From: Octopus sinensis
Taxonomy: Eukaryota
NCBI RefSeq assembly: GCF_006345805.1
Contig: NC_043006.1
Span: 85,684,001-85,748,000, forward strand
Direction of reading: 5' to 3'
Length of the DNA: 64,000 nucleotides
The translations under genes and the position numbers were made by a program. The notes under the pieces were generated by a model. The model ran no database searches. It was not told the DNA's origin and saw only the letters and a list, made by a program, of their open reading frames with translations. Of this stretch, positions 26,355 through 42,086 are shown piece by piece; the stretch's first letter is position 1, and every line of letters begins with the position of its first letter.

Positions 26355-26636
26355 AAATGCAAACATGCACGCGCGTGCATACACACACATACATATATTC
26401 ACACGCACCTACTTATATGCAAGCGTACATTCGCACATACAGTTTTATATATATATATATATATATCGGTGGATTTCTATTCTTTATTTGTGAATTAAAA
26501 AAACGTTACCATTAGTTTCATGTGGAAAACATTCCATAATCTTCACATGATCCAAAATAGTATTCTCATCTAAAATAAAGGTGATTACCAGCAGTTTTAA
26601 GTGGATCGTTTGAAGAGTGTGTTATTAATCCACAAA

Positions 26637-26684
<48 letters not shown>

Positions 26685-27257
26685 GCACACACCTACACAC
26701 AAGGGATATTATACAAAGAAACAAATTATATTTTTTAAAAGCCCAAGGTGTGCATTGATCTCCCATGCTTCAGCACAGAATACAATACCGGAGTGCCTTC
26801 AATTTATACGTACATTTATATATTCTTAATTTGTTCTCAAAACCTTCCAGTTTGTTTGACATTAATAGCACTATTTAAAAAGAGGCTATACATATGAGAA
26901 CGCATCTAGCGGTGCCACTTGTTTATATGTTTTCAACATATTTATATTGGAGGAGAGATATATTATCTTTCCAATTCTCTGAGATGAAGCAAAATATTTC
27001 TTGGAAAATATTAATAAATATATTTATTTATGTTTTTTCATAATTTCTGTTTTGTGTTAATTTTTCTATCTCCAAATGTGTAGAATCGTATGTTTGTCTA
27101 TCTGTATATTCATGTATGTATCGATAAATCTATATAATTATGTTTATTAATTCGTTTAGCAAGATTCCTGATATGAAATTGTGTGTTAAAACAGATATTG
27201 TTGTATTTTGGGATGTCATTTTTTTCCAAATACACACGCACTATATATTTTTCTTCA

Positions 27258-28019
<762 letters not shown>

Positions 28020-28469
28020 TTCATTTACCAAATTTTCTCATCTGTTATTTACAATATTTGCAAATTATTCTAGTAATTTTTTTCTTTTAATATTTTATTC
28101 TGAAATATTTTCCTTGTCATTTTTGTTGATATCTGAAGATTAAGCAAATTCTTTCTTTGGGAATTCATTCTCTGTTTAATTAATCAGAAGCTGAAATCCT
28201 CTTGCAGCATATTCCAGACTGTGGATTCAAACAATATTGTTAATAACCTTACTCAGAGGAAATATTTCACAGCAATTCCAGCAGATCTTTACATAAGCAA
28301 TTATGCCAATGTCAGTTTAAAGATGACAAATTTTGGTGGTAAAACAAAATTATTTTCTGCCAATTCCACCTATTCTGAAATAACAAAAAAAAAAACATTA
28401 GATACAGAAAAACACTTCAAAGTAGAGAGAATCAACAAGACATTTTACCACCACCAACACTACCACCAA

Positions 28470-28760
28470 ATCGACCCCAGAACTCATTCTTTGTACTCTA
28501 TCAGTCTCTTTTGCCAAACTGCTAAGTTACGGGGATGTAAACATACCAGCATCGGTTGTTAAGGGATGATGGGAGGACAAATACAAACACATAAACACAC
28601 ACACACATATATATATATACACGACAGGCTTCTTTCAGTTTCCGTCTGCCAAATCCACTCACAAGGCTATAGTAGAAGACACTTGCCCAAGGTGTCACGC
28701 AGTGGGACTGAACCCTGAACCAAGTGGTTGGTAAGCAAGCTACTTTCCACACAAAAATTC
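28470..28760 (-). mobile_element. tRNA-derived SINE, family B (diverged)
   Basis: Reverse complement of the family B head and body. Confidence 0.85.
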
Positions 28761-29129
28761 CAATTATTTCATCATCACCATTTGACATCCATCTTCCATC
28801 CCTGGTATGGTTTGGATGGTTTGACAGGAACTGGAAACCTAGAGGACAGCACCAAGCCCCGCTGTCTGCTTTGGCCAAAAACCCCTCCTAAAGCCAACCC
28901 CTTTGCATGATGGGTGTGCGCACTTAGTCTGAAATTCTGAATTTCTATTTTACAGTAACTGGGAGCATCTTGGTCACTCAATAGGCTAAAAATAACAGCC
29001 AAATCTCTCCCAGATAATAGTATAACATCTTATGGAGAGGATGCATTGGAAAATTAATGTAGTCAACAAAGGACGGAACCGTTGTGCTTGGGACTTGTAT
29101 GATCATGTCAGCTTGATCAGGACTAAACA

Positions 29130-29467
29130 ATAAACAATTGTCGGTACTACTTGAGCACAGTGGTCCCGGTGCGCGCACTCGAGTAGTCGCGCATCCGCGT
29201 TAGATAGTCGTGACTAGTCGATCCTACAACGACTACCTAGCAAAGTAAATAAAACAGAAAATAAATAATTTTTTTACACAAAGTAAATATTTTTGTTAAA
29301 CAAAGTAAATAAAACACAAAAACACAAAGTAAATCATTTTTTAAACAAAGTAAATCAAACAAAAACACAAAGTAAGGATCGACTAGTCATGACTAGCTAG
29401 TGCGGATGCACGAGTATGCGAGTGCGCGCACCGGGACCACTGCTCTCAAGTGGTAATACAATTGTTA
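29130..29467. mobile_element. Fold-back MITE-like element with ~95-bp GC-rich terminal inverted repeats
   Basis: aacaattgt...cagtggtcccggtgcgcgcactcg...gtcgatcc mirrored by ggatcgac...gagtgcgcgcaccgggaccactg...acaattgtt. AT-rich interior. Confidence 0.75.
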
Positions 29468-29944
29468 TTATTCTACTTTCGACTGCCAAATATAAACTTA
29501 CTGAAGTCAAACATAAATGGTTCGTAGAAAAGCGCCAAAATATTATTTTTCGCCGAAGTCAAACAAACTAATTATCGGGTTTTATTTTTATTTTTATTTT
29601 AATTCTGGGCACTTTTTTTTCACTCTAAAATAATCAACTACACACCCGTGTTTGTAGATGAAGATTATGCTGACGAAATTTGTTCTTTAATGTTAATTTT
29701 CTTTCAAGTCCATATGTTTTAAACCATTGAATACAATATCCATAATCATTGTGATTCCTACCCTCAGATTATGTGTGTGTGTTAACAGCTCTCACACTGA
29801 TATTATAGCAGAAAAACTTTTAATGACAAACCAAACTTTTTATACTTTATCGCCTATTCTCGATTACTATAACCTTTCATAACTTCAACTAATAGCATTT
29901 AACCACAGGCATTATCCAGTTCTTTATTTACATATATAATATTT

Positions 29945-30099
29945 AGGAGTGGCTGTGTGGTAAGTAGCTTGCTTACGAACCACATGGTTCTGGGTTCAGT
30001 CCCTTGGGCAAATGGCTTCAACTATAGCCTCGGGCCAACCAAAGCCTTGTGAGTGGATTTGGTAAACGGAAACTGAAAGAAGCCCGTCGTATATATGTG

Positions 30100-30139
<40 letters not shown>

Positions 30140-30336
30140 GCATGTGTATGTATATGTTCGTGTGTCTGTGTTTGTCCCCCAACATCGCTTGACAACCGTA
30201 ACTTAACGGTTCGGCAAAAGAAACCGACAGAATAAGTACTAGGCTTACAAAGAATAAGTCCTGGGGTCGATTTGCTCGACTAAAGGCGGTGCTCCAGCAT
30301 GGCCGCAGTCAAATGACTGAAACAAGTAAAAGAGTA
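29945..30336 (+). mobile_element. tRNA-derived SINE, family B
   Basis: As 23143-23532. Confidence 0.92.
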
Positions 30337-32019
30337 ATAAAAAGATGCCCCATATTATTTCGAAGGTAGTGATGATTAAAGAATTGGAAAAATCCCCGTC
30401 AAAACGGAGAAAAATCCAACTTACGTGGGCGTCCAGATCCAAAACTCCGCCAAGGGATGCACAAACACATCGCAGAAACTCGCCAACACAGAACAAAACG
30501 AGACAAAATACCCAATTATCAGGAAAGGTTCTCAAATGTACGCAACAATAATAATGTAAACAATAATAAATCTCTGAGCGAATGTAGTTTTGAATTAAAA
30601 AATTAAGCCAAGAAGGAGTTGCCTCCCCTAGCAATAGCCGCGAATGCTATTAAAACGCGGGAACGAATAAACTCCTTTCTTTGTTTTCCTTTTAAATAAA
30701 TCTGAATTTTAAAGTTAATTGTTATTTTATGTTAAGAAGCCAACAACGCTCATACACTTTCGTACCTCGAGGGACATCACTGTGTTGTTGTTTAAAGAGT
30801 TTCGTTTCTTGAAGCTTCGGCTTCCGTTTATAACTGATAATAGAAATGCTAGCAGGTTATAGTTGCGGTGTGTGTGTGTGTGTGTGTGGTGGGAAAGCCT
30901 TAGAAGACTTGGAAAAATAGCCACCAATGTTCTTCGAACCCCCTCCACACACACACGTATATACCTTGCTACCTCACTGTCAAATGACTAACAATATATC
31001 TTCCTTCGTTAGGGCGACGAGCTGGCAGAATCGTTAGAGCGCTTCGTTCTTAGTTCAAATTCCGTCGAGGTCAACTTTACTTTTTATCCTTTCGGGGTCG
31101 ATAAATTAAGTATCAGTTGAGTACTGGCGTCGATGTAACTGACTCAGACCCGCATACTAACGTTTCTGCCAGCTCGCCGCCTCGTCTCGTCTCGTGCGTG
31201 TGTGTTTATGTTCGATTCCCCGCCAGTACTTGGTGCTGGTTTGTTTACATTCCCCTAGCATAGCGGTTCGGCAAAAGACTCCGATAAAATACTCTGATAA
31301 AAGACTCTGGTAAAATACGCACTGGGATAGACTCGCTGGACTAAGCCCTTCAAGGCGGTACCCCAGCATGGCCACAGTCCAATGACGGAAACATGTAAAA
31401 GATACAAGATAAAACTAAATTGGATTTCCGGAGAAGCATTCAGTTCCAATTTGTCAAATTTCTCTTGGATATTTTTGGTTTGGAATAAGCAAGAGAAAAG
31501 GTTGCATGTGGAGGAAGCACTACTGCGCCCCCTAATTCCATCTTCTGTACCATTTGATATATTAAAAGGAAGAAGACAAATGCCAACCCGTGGACATTAC
31601 TGTCTCAAGTGCTACGACTCGTACTTACTCCATAGAGTGCAAGTGACCGAGATCACATTCCCGCTGGACAGAACTCTAGTCTGTCACAGGGTAACTCATT
31701 TTTATCAGCTGAGTGGACTGGAGCAACTTGAAATCAAGTGTTTTGCTCAAGAATATACACTTCACTGCTCGGTCCCTAAATCAAAACCACGACCCTGCGA
31801 TCGTCAAATCAATATTAACCAGTTGCCCATGCTCTTTGCCAACAACTAAATAACAACAGGAACAAGTACACTGCCAGTTAGAGAATCTCTGCGTGGTTAG
31901 TCAGCTTTGCTAGAAACAGCAGTGAAATCTCTGTAAAACAAAATCACTCCATATAGTCTCAAATATGGAGGAGGTGGGCAAATGCATTGAATAATCTTTT
32001 CTACACAAGGTCCGAACTT

Positions 32020-33105
32020 GGGGAGGGGGGCAATCGATTAGATCGACCCCAGTACGCAACTGGTACTTAATTTATCGACCCCGAAAGGATGAAAGGCAAA
32101 CTCGACCTTGGCGGAATTTCAACTCAGAACGTAGCGGCAGACGAAATACCTATTTCTTTACTACCCACAAGAGACTAAACATAGAGGGGACAAACAAGGA
32201 CAGACAGACGGATTAAGCCGATTATATCGACCCCAGTACGTAATTGGTATCTAATTTATCGACCCCGAAAGGATGAAAGGCAAAGTCGACCTCGGCGGAA
32301 TTTGAACTCAGAACGTAGCGGCAGACGAAGTACCTATTTCTTTACTACCCACAATGGGATAAACGTAGAGGGAACAAACAAGGACAGACGGATTAAGTCG
32401 ATTATATCGACCCCAGTGCGTAACTGGTACTAAATTTATCGACCCCGAAAGGATGAAAGACAAAGTCGACCTCGGCGGAATTTGAACTCAGAACGTAGCA
32501 GCAGACGATATACCTATTTCTTTACTACTCACAAGGGGATAAACACAGAGAGGACAAACAAGGACAGACAAACTGATTAAGTCGATTATATCGACTCCAG
32601 TGCGTAACTGGTACTTATTTAATCGACCCGAAAGGATGAAAGGCAAAGTCGACCTCGGCGGAATTTGAACTCAGAACGTGGCGGCAGACGAATGACCTAT
32701 TTCTATTTCTTTACTACCCACAAGGGGCAAAACACAGAGTGGACAAACAAGGACAGACAGACGGATTAAGTCGATTACATCGACCCCAGTGCGTAACTGG
32801 TTCTTAATTTATCGACCCCGAAAGGATGAAAGGCAAACTCGACCTCGGCGGAATTTGAACTCAGAACGTGGCGGCAGACGAATGACCTATTTCTATTTCT
32901 TTACTACCCACAAGGGGCAAAACACAGAGTGGACAAACAAGGACAGACAGACGGATTAAGTCGATTACATCGACCCCAGTGCGTAACTGGTTCTTAATTT
33001 ATCGACCCCGAAAGGATGAAAGGCAAACTCGACCTCGGCGGAATTTGAACTCAGACCATAACGGCAGACGAAATACTGCTAAGCATTTCTGCCAGCTCGC
33101 CGCCC
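32020..33105 (-). mobile_element. Head-to-tail six-unit concatemer of family A SINE
   Basis: Six B-box/core units at ~180-190-bp spacing (B-box near 32115, 32298, 32478, 32661, 32850, 33040). Only one A-box head, at ~33085-33105. Confidence 0.92.
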
Positions 33106-33623
33106 CAAATGCATTTGTCATAATATTTCAAATAAAAACAATTTCAGTCAGAGACGATGTGGGACTTACACATAAAAAACAGGCGTTTTAACTGTTGTAC
33201 TGAAATACGCATTTAATAAAACGAACCTTGAAACTCATTACGTTCACGGAATATAAGCGAAAACAAAACAACTGATAACGGACAGCAGGAAATAATCAGC
33301 ATTTGGCAACTATACTGGGTAGATGAGAGAAAGAGAGGGAGTGGTGGGGGGCACGCAAGCAGGTAGGCAGGCAGGCAGACAGATAGACAATCAGGCACAA
33401 CAGACAGACGGACAGACAGTGTGTGTGGTCGTTGAGGTGCTTTCATTTGAATGTAGCAATTTCAGTTGTGAAGAACGTCAAAGCTTTCAGATGCCGAGTA
33501 TTTTGGTTTGTTGGTGTGTCTATCTATTTTTATCAAAATGGGATTGATGTGCTTTGAAACAGGCTTCTAGTTTATACGTGGCACACACACACACACATGT
33601 ATGTATGTAAATATATATATATA

Positions 33624-34396
33624 TCTCTATATATATAAGGCAAGTTGTCTGTCTGTGTGTCTGTGAGGTTGTACCCTCATCCTGACCACGGCTTTCAACC
33701 GATTCTGATGAAACTTGACACACATAGCCCAATGTCATAATTCAAAACTAATGCAGCGGAAATTTTGAAAAGTTCCGCCAGTTCTGAAAAAAATCGATAA
33801 ATTCGACATGGGGTCTAGAATCTAAGCTTATCATATGCAACACATTTTCCGTTGTAGTTTTCGCAACATGCAATCGATTTTCACTAAACTCATAGTGAAG
33901 CTTAATGTTACCCTAAGGAACTTAATTCTGTCGTTAGTTTTCCATGCAATACCTTACCATCAGAAAAAATCGATAAAACCATGCCATTTTGGGAAATCGC
34001 ATTCAAATTCAAGATGACATATTTTCGACAATATCTTTAACAAATTGGCAGGAATTTTTTTTGAAATTCACAGTGGGCATCATGTCTGCTCCAAGGAGCT
34101 ATATGGCCTTTTTGATTCCAATAGGATACGTTATTACTGGAAAAAATTGGTTAATTACATCATATGTGGCACACATAGCAAACCAATTTTTCTGTGATAT
34201 TTTTTGAAAGTTCACATAGATTTTCCCTACTTCTTCGTGCATGCAAGGGAACGGTGCCTTGAATGCCTTAATGCCTTTTAGGCTTCATTTTACAAAATGA
34301 CGGTTCAATGAGTACAAAAAAGGGTAAAATGGTAAAGAGCATTTCTTATCGACAAAGTTTCTTACATACCCGGGCAACGCCGGGCTATGCTGCTAG
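33624..34396 (+). mobile_element. Non-autonomous Helitron
   Basis: 5' A|TCTCTATATATATAAGG. 3' hairpin CCCGG-gcaacg-CCGGG followed by ctatgctg-CTAG|T. No TSD. Confidence 0.88.
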
Positions 34397-34849
34397 TGTA
34401 TGTATATATATATATGTATGTATGTATGTATATATATATATATATATATAATATATATATATATACTACTATAATGTAAACTTTTTTGAACTGATAATAT
34501 TCTGTGCGTGTATACCAATATTCCACTGAACTTTTTAATAATTCCTTCTGGAAACTATCTTTAACATTTTCTTGAGAATGTATACTGATGTTGGAATCTT
34601 TTGTGCCCAATATTTTAATGAACTTGTTAAACTTTTTTATGTCCTTAACATGTCCTTGTTACCAAAGACTATATATGTATTGTAGCATTTTGTAACAACC
34701 AATAATTAACACAACCAAACTTTTATATGTTACTTTTGACGATGTTTTTCTAAAGTAAATAAACATCTTTTCAAATTGCATTTTCAAACCTTCTTTCGTA
34801 TTTTGGTGGTTTTTGTAAAATCTCAGAAAATAATTAAAAATTCACATTA

Positions 34850-37181
<2,332 letters not shown>

Positions 37182-38026
37182 AAAGTAAAAAAATATACAA
37201 ACTGGGACAAGAACGTGAAACGTTAGAAGACGACACAAAAAACACGGACGGGACATTCGAAGCCCTCAATCATCAGTCAAGAACCGGATCATCTTCGCAA
37301 TTTCGGCTGTGGTACGACTCTACTGCACTGTCTCTTCCCCCCTCTCCTACATTTCTCTGCCTTCACCCTTTGCACTCCTTGATCTGTCTCTTTCTCTCTC
37401 TTTCTTCTCCTCCCTTGTTCCCCTTCTTTCTTTCTCCCTTCATCTGTCCCTTTCTCCTTCTTTTTGTCCTCATGTGACCAGCCACCGACTACTGCCTTTT
37501 CGCATCCAGCAGTCATTGTGGCAAGACACATTTGTTTGTTCTCTGTGGCCTTAAGGCACTCTTCTATAGCCAGCTCAAAACTTAACACGTCCTGTCGAAA
37601 AGACGCTTGTCCTGACGTCCTGGTTTTGTTGTTATCCTTACCATTATTCTTTTTACTTATTTTGTATTCTTATTCGTGCTATCATTATTGTTTTTACGTA
37701 TTTTTGTATTTTTATTCGTGTAACATCGTCCGTTTTCCGTCCCTGTGTTGTATACATTCGAGGCTTTCTTCCAAGGAATCTAATGCGCTTGGCTTAGATT
37801 TCCCTTGGGGGCTGCCCAGATCGGAGCAATCTCAAGATTAATCAACCGAAATTGCGAAGATGATCCGGTTCTTGACTGATGATTGAAGGCTTCGAAAGTT
37901 CCGTCCGTGTTTTTTGTGTCGTCTTCTAAATGTTTCACGTTCTTGTCCCAGTTTGTATATTTTTTTTACTTTTACATATATACATGGCGGCTACGTACCC
38001 CTTTTTGACCCTATACGTAAGTATAT

Positions 38027-38071
<45 letters not shown>

Positions 38072-38302
38072 TTATATATATACATAGAGATTACGGCAGC
38101 GTTTACAGGAATTAATTGTTATCGCCATATTAATATGGCATTCTTATAGATATAAGAATAATCGCTGCCGTAATCTCTTTTATAGAGACTTAGTAATTTT
38201 AATATTTCTATTATTGAAAACAAGTGGATGTATTCCACTGAACTAGGTAAATAGAAACCTTCGAACAGAGACGTCAGTGGCGACACCTGCGGGTCTGACT
38301 GC

Positions 38303-38344
38303 GCTACATTGACAAGGGGCAATACCCCGAAACGCGTCTGTAGC
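38303..38344 (+). ncRNA. Minimal type I hammerhead ribozyme, U3-A8 core variant
   Basis: GCUACA UUGACAA GGGG-caaua-CCCC GAA ACGCGU C UGUAGC. 6-bp stem I, G10.1-C11.1 stem II, palindromic stem III, GUC cleavage triplet (after 38338). Confidence 0.75.
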
Positions 38345-38367
38345 CGCTTCACACTGCCAGTCCGACA

Positions 38368-38409
38368 GCTACAGACGCGTTTCGGGGTATTGCCCCTTGT
38401 CAATGTAGC
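38368..38409 (-). ncRNA. Minimal type I hammerhead ribozyme, U3-A8 core variant (antisense copy)
   Basis: Exact reverse complement of 38303-38344. Confidence 0.75.
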
Positions 38410-38753
38410 GCAGTCAGACCCGCAGGTGTCGCCACTGACGTCTCTGTTCGAAGGTTTCTATTTACCTAGTTTCAGTGGAATACATCCACTTGTTTTCAAT
38501 AATAGAAATATTAAAATTACTAAGTCTCTATAAAAGAGATTACGGCAGCGATTATTCTTATATCTATAAGAATGCCATATTAATATGGCGATAACAATTA
38601 ATTTCCAGTAAACGCTGCCGTAATCTCTTTTATAGAGACTTAGTAATTTTAATATTTCTATTATTGAAAATAAGTGGATGTATTCCACTGAAACTTGGTA
38701 AATAGAAACCTTCGAACAGAGACGTCAGTGGCGACACCTGAGGGTCTGACTGC

Positions 38754-38795
38754 GCTACATTGACAAGGGGCAATACCCCGAAACGCGTCTATAGC
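38754..38795 (+). ncRNA. Minimal type I hammerhead ribozyme, U3-A8 core variant (third copy)
   Basis: Same motif with one stem I mismatch (uauagc). Confidence 0.7.
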
Positions 38796-38960
38796 TGTCG
38801 GACTGGCAGTGTGAAGCGGCTGACCTCCCTTGTTCGAAGGTTATAATGGATACAGATCGTGTATCAATAGCTATCTTGATGGCGGTGGCCTCATGGAGCT
38901 GACCAGCGGCAACGATTATTCTTATATCTATAAGAATGCCATATAAATATGGCGATAACA

Positions 38961-39000
<40 letters not shown>

Positions 39001-39005
39001 GGCGC

Positions 39006-39388
39006 AGGAGTGGCTGTGTGGTAAGTAGCTTGCTAACCAACCACATGGTTCCGGGTTCAGTCCTACTGCATGGCATCTTGGGTAAGTGTCTTCTGCTATA
39101 GCCCCGGGCCGACCAATGCCTTGTGAGTATATAGAAGCCTGTCGTATATATGTATATATATTTATGTATGTGTGTGTGTTTGTGTGTCTGTGTTTGTCCC
39201 CCTAGCATTGCTTGACAACCGATGCTGGTGTGTTTACGTCCCCGTCACTTAGCGGTTCGGCAAAAGAGACCGGTAGAATAAGTACTGGGCTTACAAAGAA
39301 TAAGTCCCGGGGTCGATTTGCTCGACTAAAAAAAGGCGGTGCTCCAGCATGGGCGCAGTCAAATGACTGAAACAAGTAAAAGAGTAAA
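39006..39388 (+). mobile_element. tRNA-derived SINE, family B
   Basis: As 23143-23532. Confidence 0.92.
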
Positions 39389-39454
39389 ATAGAAAAGAGA
39401 TATACACACACACACACATTTGGAGTCCTTGGCACTATGCAGTGGCGCCCAGTT

Positions 39455-39860
39455 CAAACATATATACAAACATATATATACAAATATATATACAAACAAA
39501 TATATATACAAGCATATATACACAAATATATATACAAACATATATATATACAAACATACATATACAAACATACATATACAAATATATATATACAGACATA
39601 TATATACAAACATATATATAAAAACATACATATACAAACATATATATACAAATATATATATATATATACAAACGTATATATACAAATATACATACAAACA
39701 TATATATACAAACATATACATACAAATATATACATACAAACATATATATACAAACATATATATACAAACATATATGTACAACATATATATACAAACATAT
39801 ATATACAAATATATATACAAACTTATATATACAAACATATATATACATATATATATACAA
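39455..39860. repeat. Minisatellite of ~12-bp atatatacaaa(c/t) units
   Basis: Direct inspection. Confidence 0.9.
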
Positions 39861-39864
39861 CCAT

Positions 39865-40335
39865 ACAACACTGAACCCCATCAACACTCCGTACATGGAG
39901 CAAATAATACTCCAACCAACCAGGGCAGGTAACACACTGGATGCCCGCCTCACAAACAATACGGACCCCATCCATAATGTAAAAGTGACACCGACGCCAC
40001 TCTTGGACCACAACATGGCACAGCTGACATGCACCGGCCAAAGGAAAGCATGGACATGCAGCCTACAAGAAACTCTCAGAATCCTTCCAGCTTGAACCTC
40101 CACAAGGCAAACTAGAAACAAATTGAGAAAGAGATCCTCAAACAAAACTGGCCTAAATGTCCCTCCCCACCAGACATCGACATGAAACTCCAACAATTCC
40201 TGTCCGTAATGCAAGCCATATGCCACAAATATGTCCCAGAGAGAAAGGCCACTGTACACAAGAACAAAATCCCCAGAGAGAGGAAAATTCCCATGAGACG
40301 GCGTACAAAAGTTTCAAATCGCCTAAACACACTGC
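39865..40335 (+). mobile_element. Internal fragment of a CR1/Jockey-type LINE ORF2 (endonuclease end and linker)
   Basis: EQIILQPTRAGNTLD...TPLLDHN followed by NLHKAN*KQIEKEILKQNW...MQAICHKYVP. Confidence 0.7.
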
Positions 40336-40509
40336 GTGGCACCTTGGGTAAGTGTCTACTACCATAGCCTTGGGCCCACCAAAGACTTGGATTTGAGAGT
40401 CGGAAACTGAAAGAAGCCTGTCGTATATATGTGTATAAGTGCAGGAGTGGCTATGTGGTAAGTAGCTTGCTTACCAACCACATGGTTCCGGGTTCAGTCC
40501 CACTGCGTG

Positions 40510-41090
40510 TTGTGTTGCACAAGTGTTTTCTTCCAGAGTCGTGTATTACTTGGAGTCACCCATTGTGTCAAGGCGTATCTCCTAGTCCTCCAACCTACCT
40601 ACAAGAGCATCGCGAAATATGACGTCCCAAAGGCATTCCACTTTGAATTTGCAGACACATCACTGTCATCTACGACACGCAGTCAATATCCTAACGTGTT
40701 TGTCCCCATCCAGGCACATTTGCCGTATCTGCACAGAAACGACAATCACATTTTCTTGGCGGAGAACCATGGACTTAATGTGAGTGAGAACAACTCGCTC
40801 ATCGCTGGAGGCCAACGCACCGAACGCCTATGTAAAATCTTTTCTGAGGGTCTCGTTGCAGTATTCGTTAAGCTCAAAGACTACTTCGTTACACCTAAGC
40901 CCACTGGCTTGTGTGTAGTCTGAACATCTCAGCTCAAACAAAGCCACTCCTCGCTTGTTCCAGCTGCGGAGATGACGGGGCGGCGGACCTTCTCGGATTA
41001 GATTTTCATTGAAACGGCTTGTTGCCAGGCATTCCGATGGGCAGTGACGTCTATAAAGCAAAGCAGGGGCTAGAGACAAAAAAAGGATCA
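40510..41090 (-). mobile_element. Decayed Ty3/Gypsy-type gag fragment
   Basis: Frameshifted peptides EKVRRPVISAAGTSEEW, EYCNETLRKD, QENVIVVSVQIRQMCLDGD...VCKFKVEC and RDALVGRLED.EIRLD. These resemble invertebrate Gypsy gag (recognised from memory, not searched). Confidence 0.6.
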
Positions 41091-41792
41091 ACGAATAAAA
41101 TTGTAATTGCTAGTGGAAGGAGGATTCTCGAATTCGCGAACATTACAGTATACACTGACATACAGTAGACACAGTTCTGCTTCTTTAATCACCATTTCTT
41201 TACTTCAGAATCTCAAAAACGAGGTCGAAAACAACATTTGAACCACACATAAATGAAAGGAGATATCAGCAATATCTTCTCCTTATGCGACATTGGATAT
41301 TATCGTGTAACCACTAGACATATTCATGATGTAAACATATCTTCAGTAATATGTGTAACTGGAAATTACTATATCCTGTGGTTTACAGTAGAATAACTAC
41401 ATGTTGCTTTCCTTGCTTACATTTCTCCTATTGTAGTAGAGAATGGAGCATGATTGAATATTTGTTACTAATATAATAAGATGTCTTAATGGGAAAGATA
41501 AGACTAAAGTACAGAGATGGAGGTGACAAGGTGAATAAGGAGTAGCAGATATAAAACAAACAAGGTGGACCTTTATCGAAGTAAACGTGTACGAAACAGA
41601 AAGAAGACAAAGAGAGAACTAACTCTATAGCCCTAACCCTAAACCAAACACACATACAAACACTACACACGAGCGCACGTATACAGCGCCCAACATACAG
41701 ACGTACACGCATACACGCACCTTCATGCAAACACTACACACACACACATGCAGATAAATACATACTTACAAACATACATTCATACATACATA

Positions 41793-42086
41793 TATCACGT
41801 GATCACGTGACCGACCAGACCATCAGATGTTATTACACATCGCTGGTCACAATGCGTTTGGATTGTTTTAGCCTTCGAATGACGCCACCCCGCTGGCCAA
41901 CAGAAGAAAGAGTGAGAGAAAGAGTGGTGAAAGAGTACAGCAGGGATCACCACCCCCTGCCAGAGCCTCGTGCAGCTTTTAGCTGTTTTCGCTCAATAAA
42001 CACTCACAACGCCCGGTCTGGGAATCAAAACCGCGATCCTGCGACCGCGAGTCCGCTGTCCTAACCACTAGGCCATTGCGCCTCCA
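41793..42086 (-). mobile_element. tRNA-derived SINE, family C
   Basis: tggaggcgcaatggcctagtggttagg...tttgattccc head, cacgtgatcacgtgata tail. Sister copy at 58627-58936. Confidence 0.92.

Noticed and set aside
37240-37900. Hammerhead call for CUGAUGA-uu-gaaggcuuc-GAAA in the inverted repeats
   Set aside because: No stem I or stem III pairing can be drawn, and the two copies disagree at GAAA.
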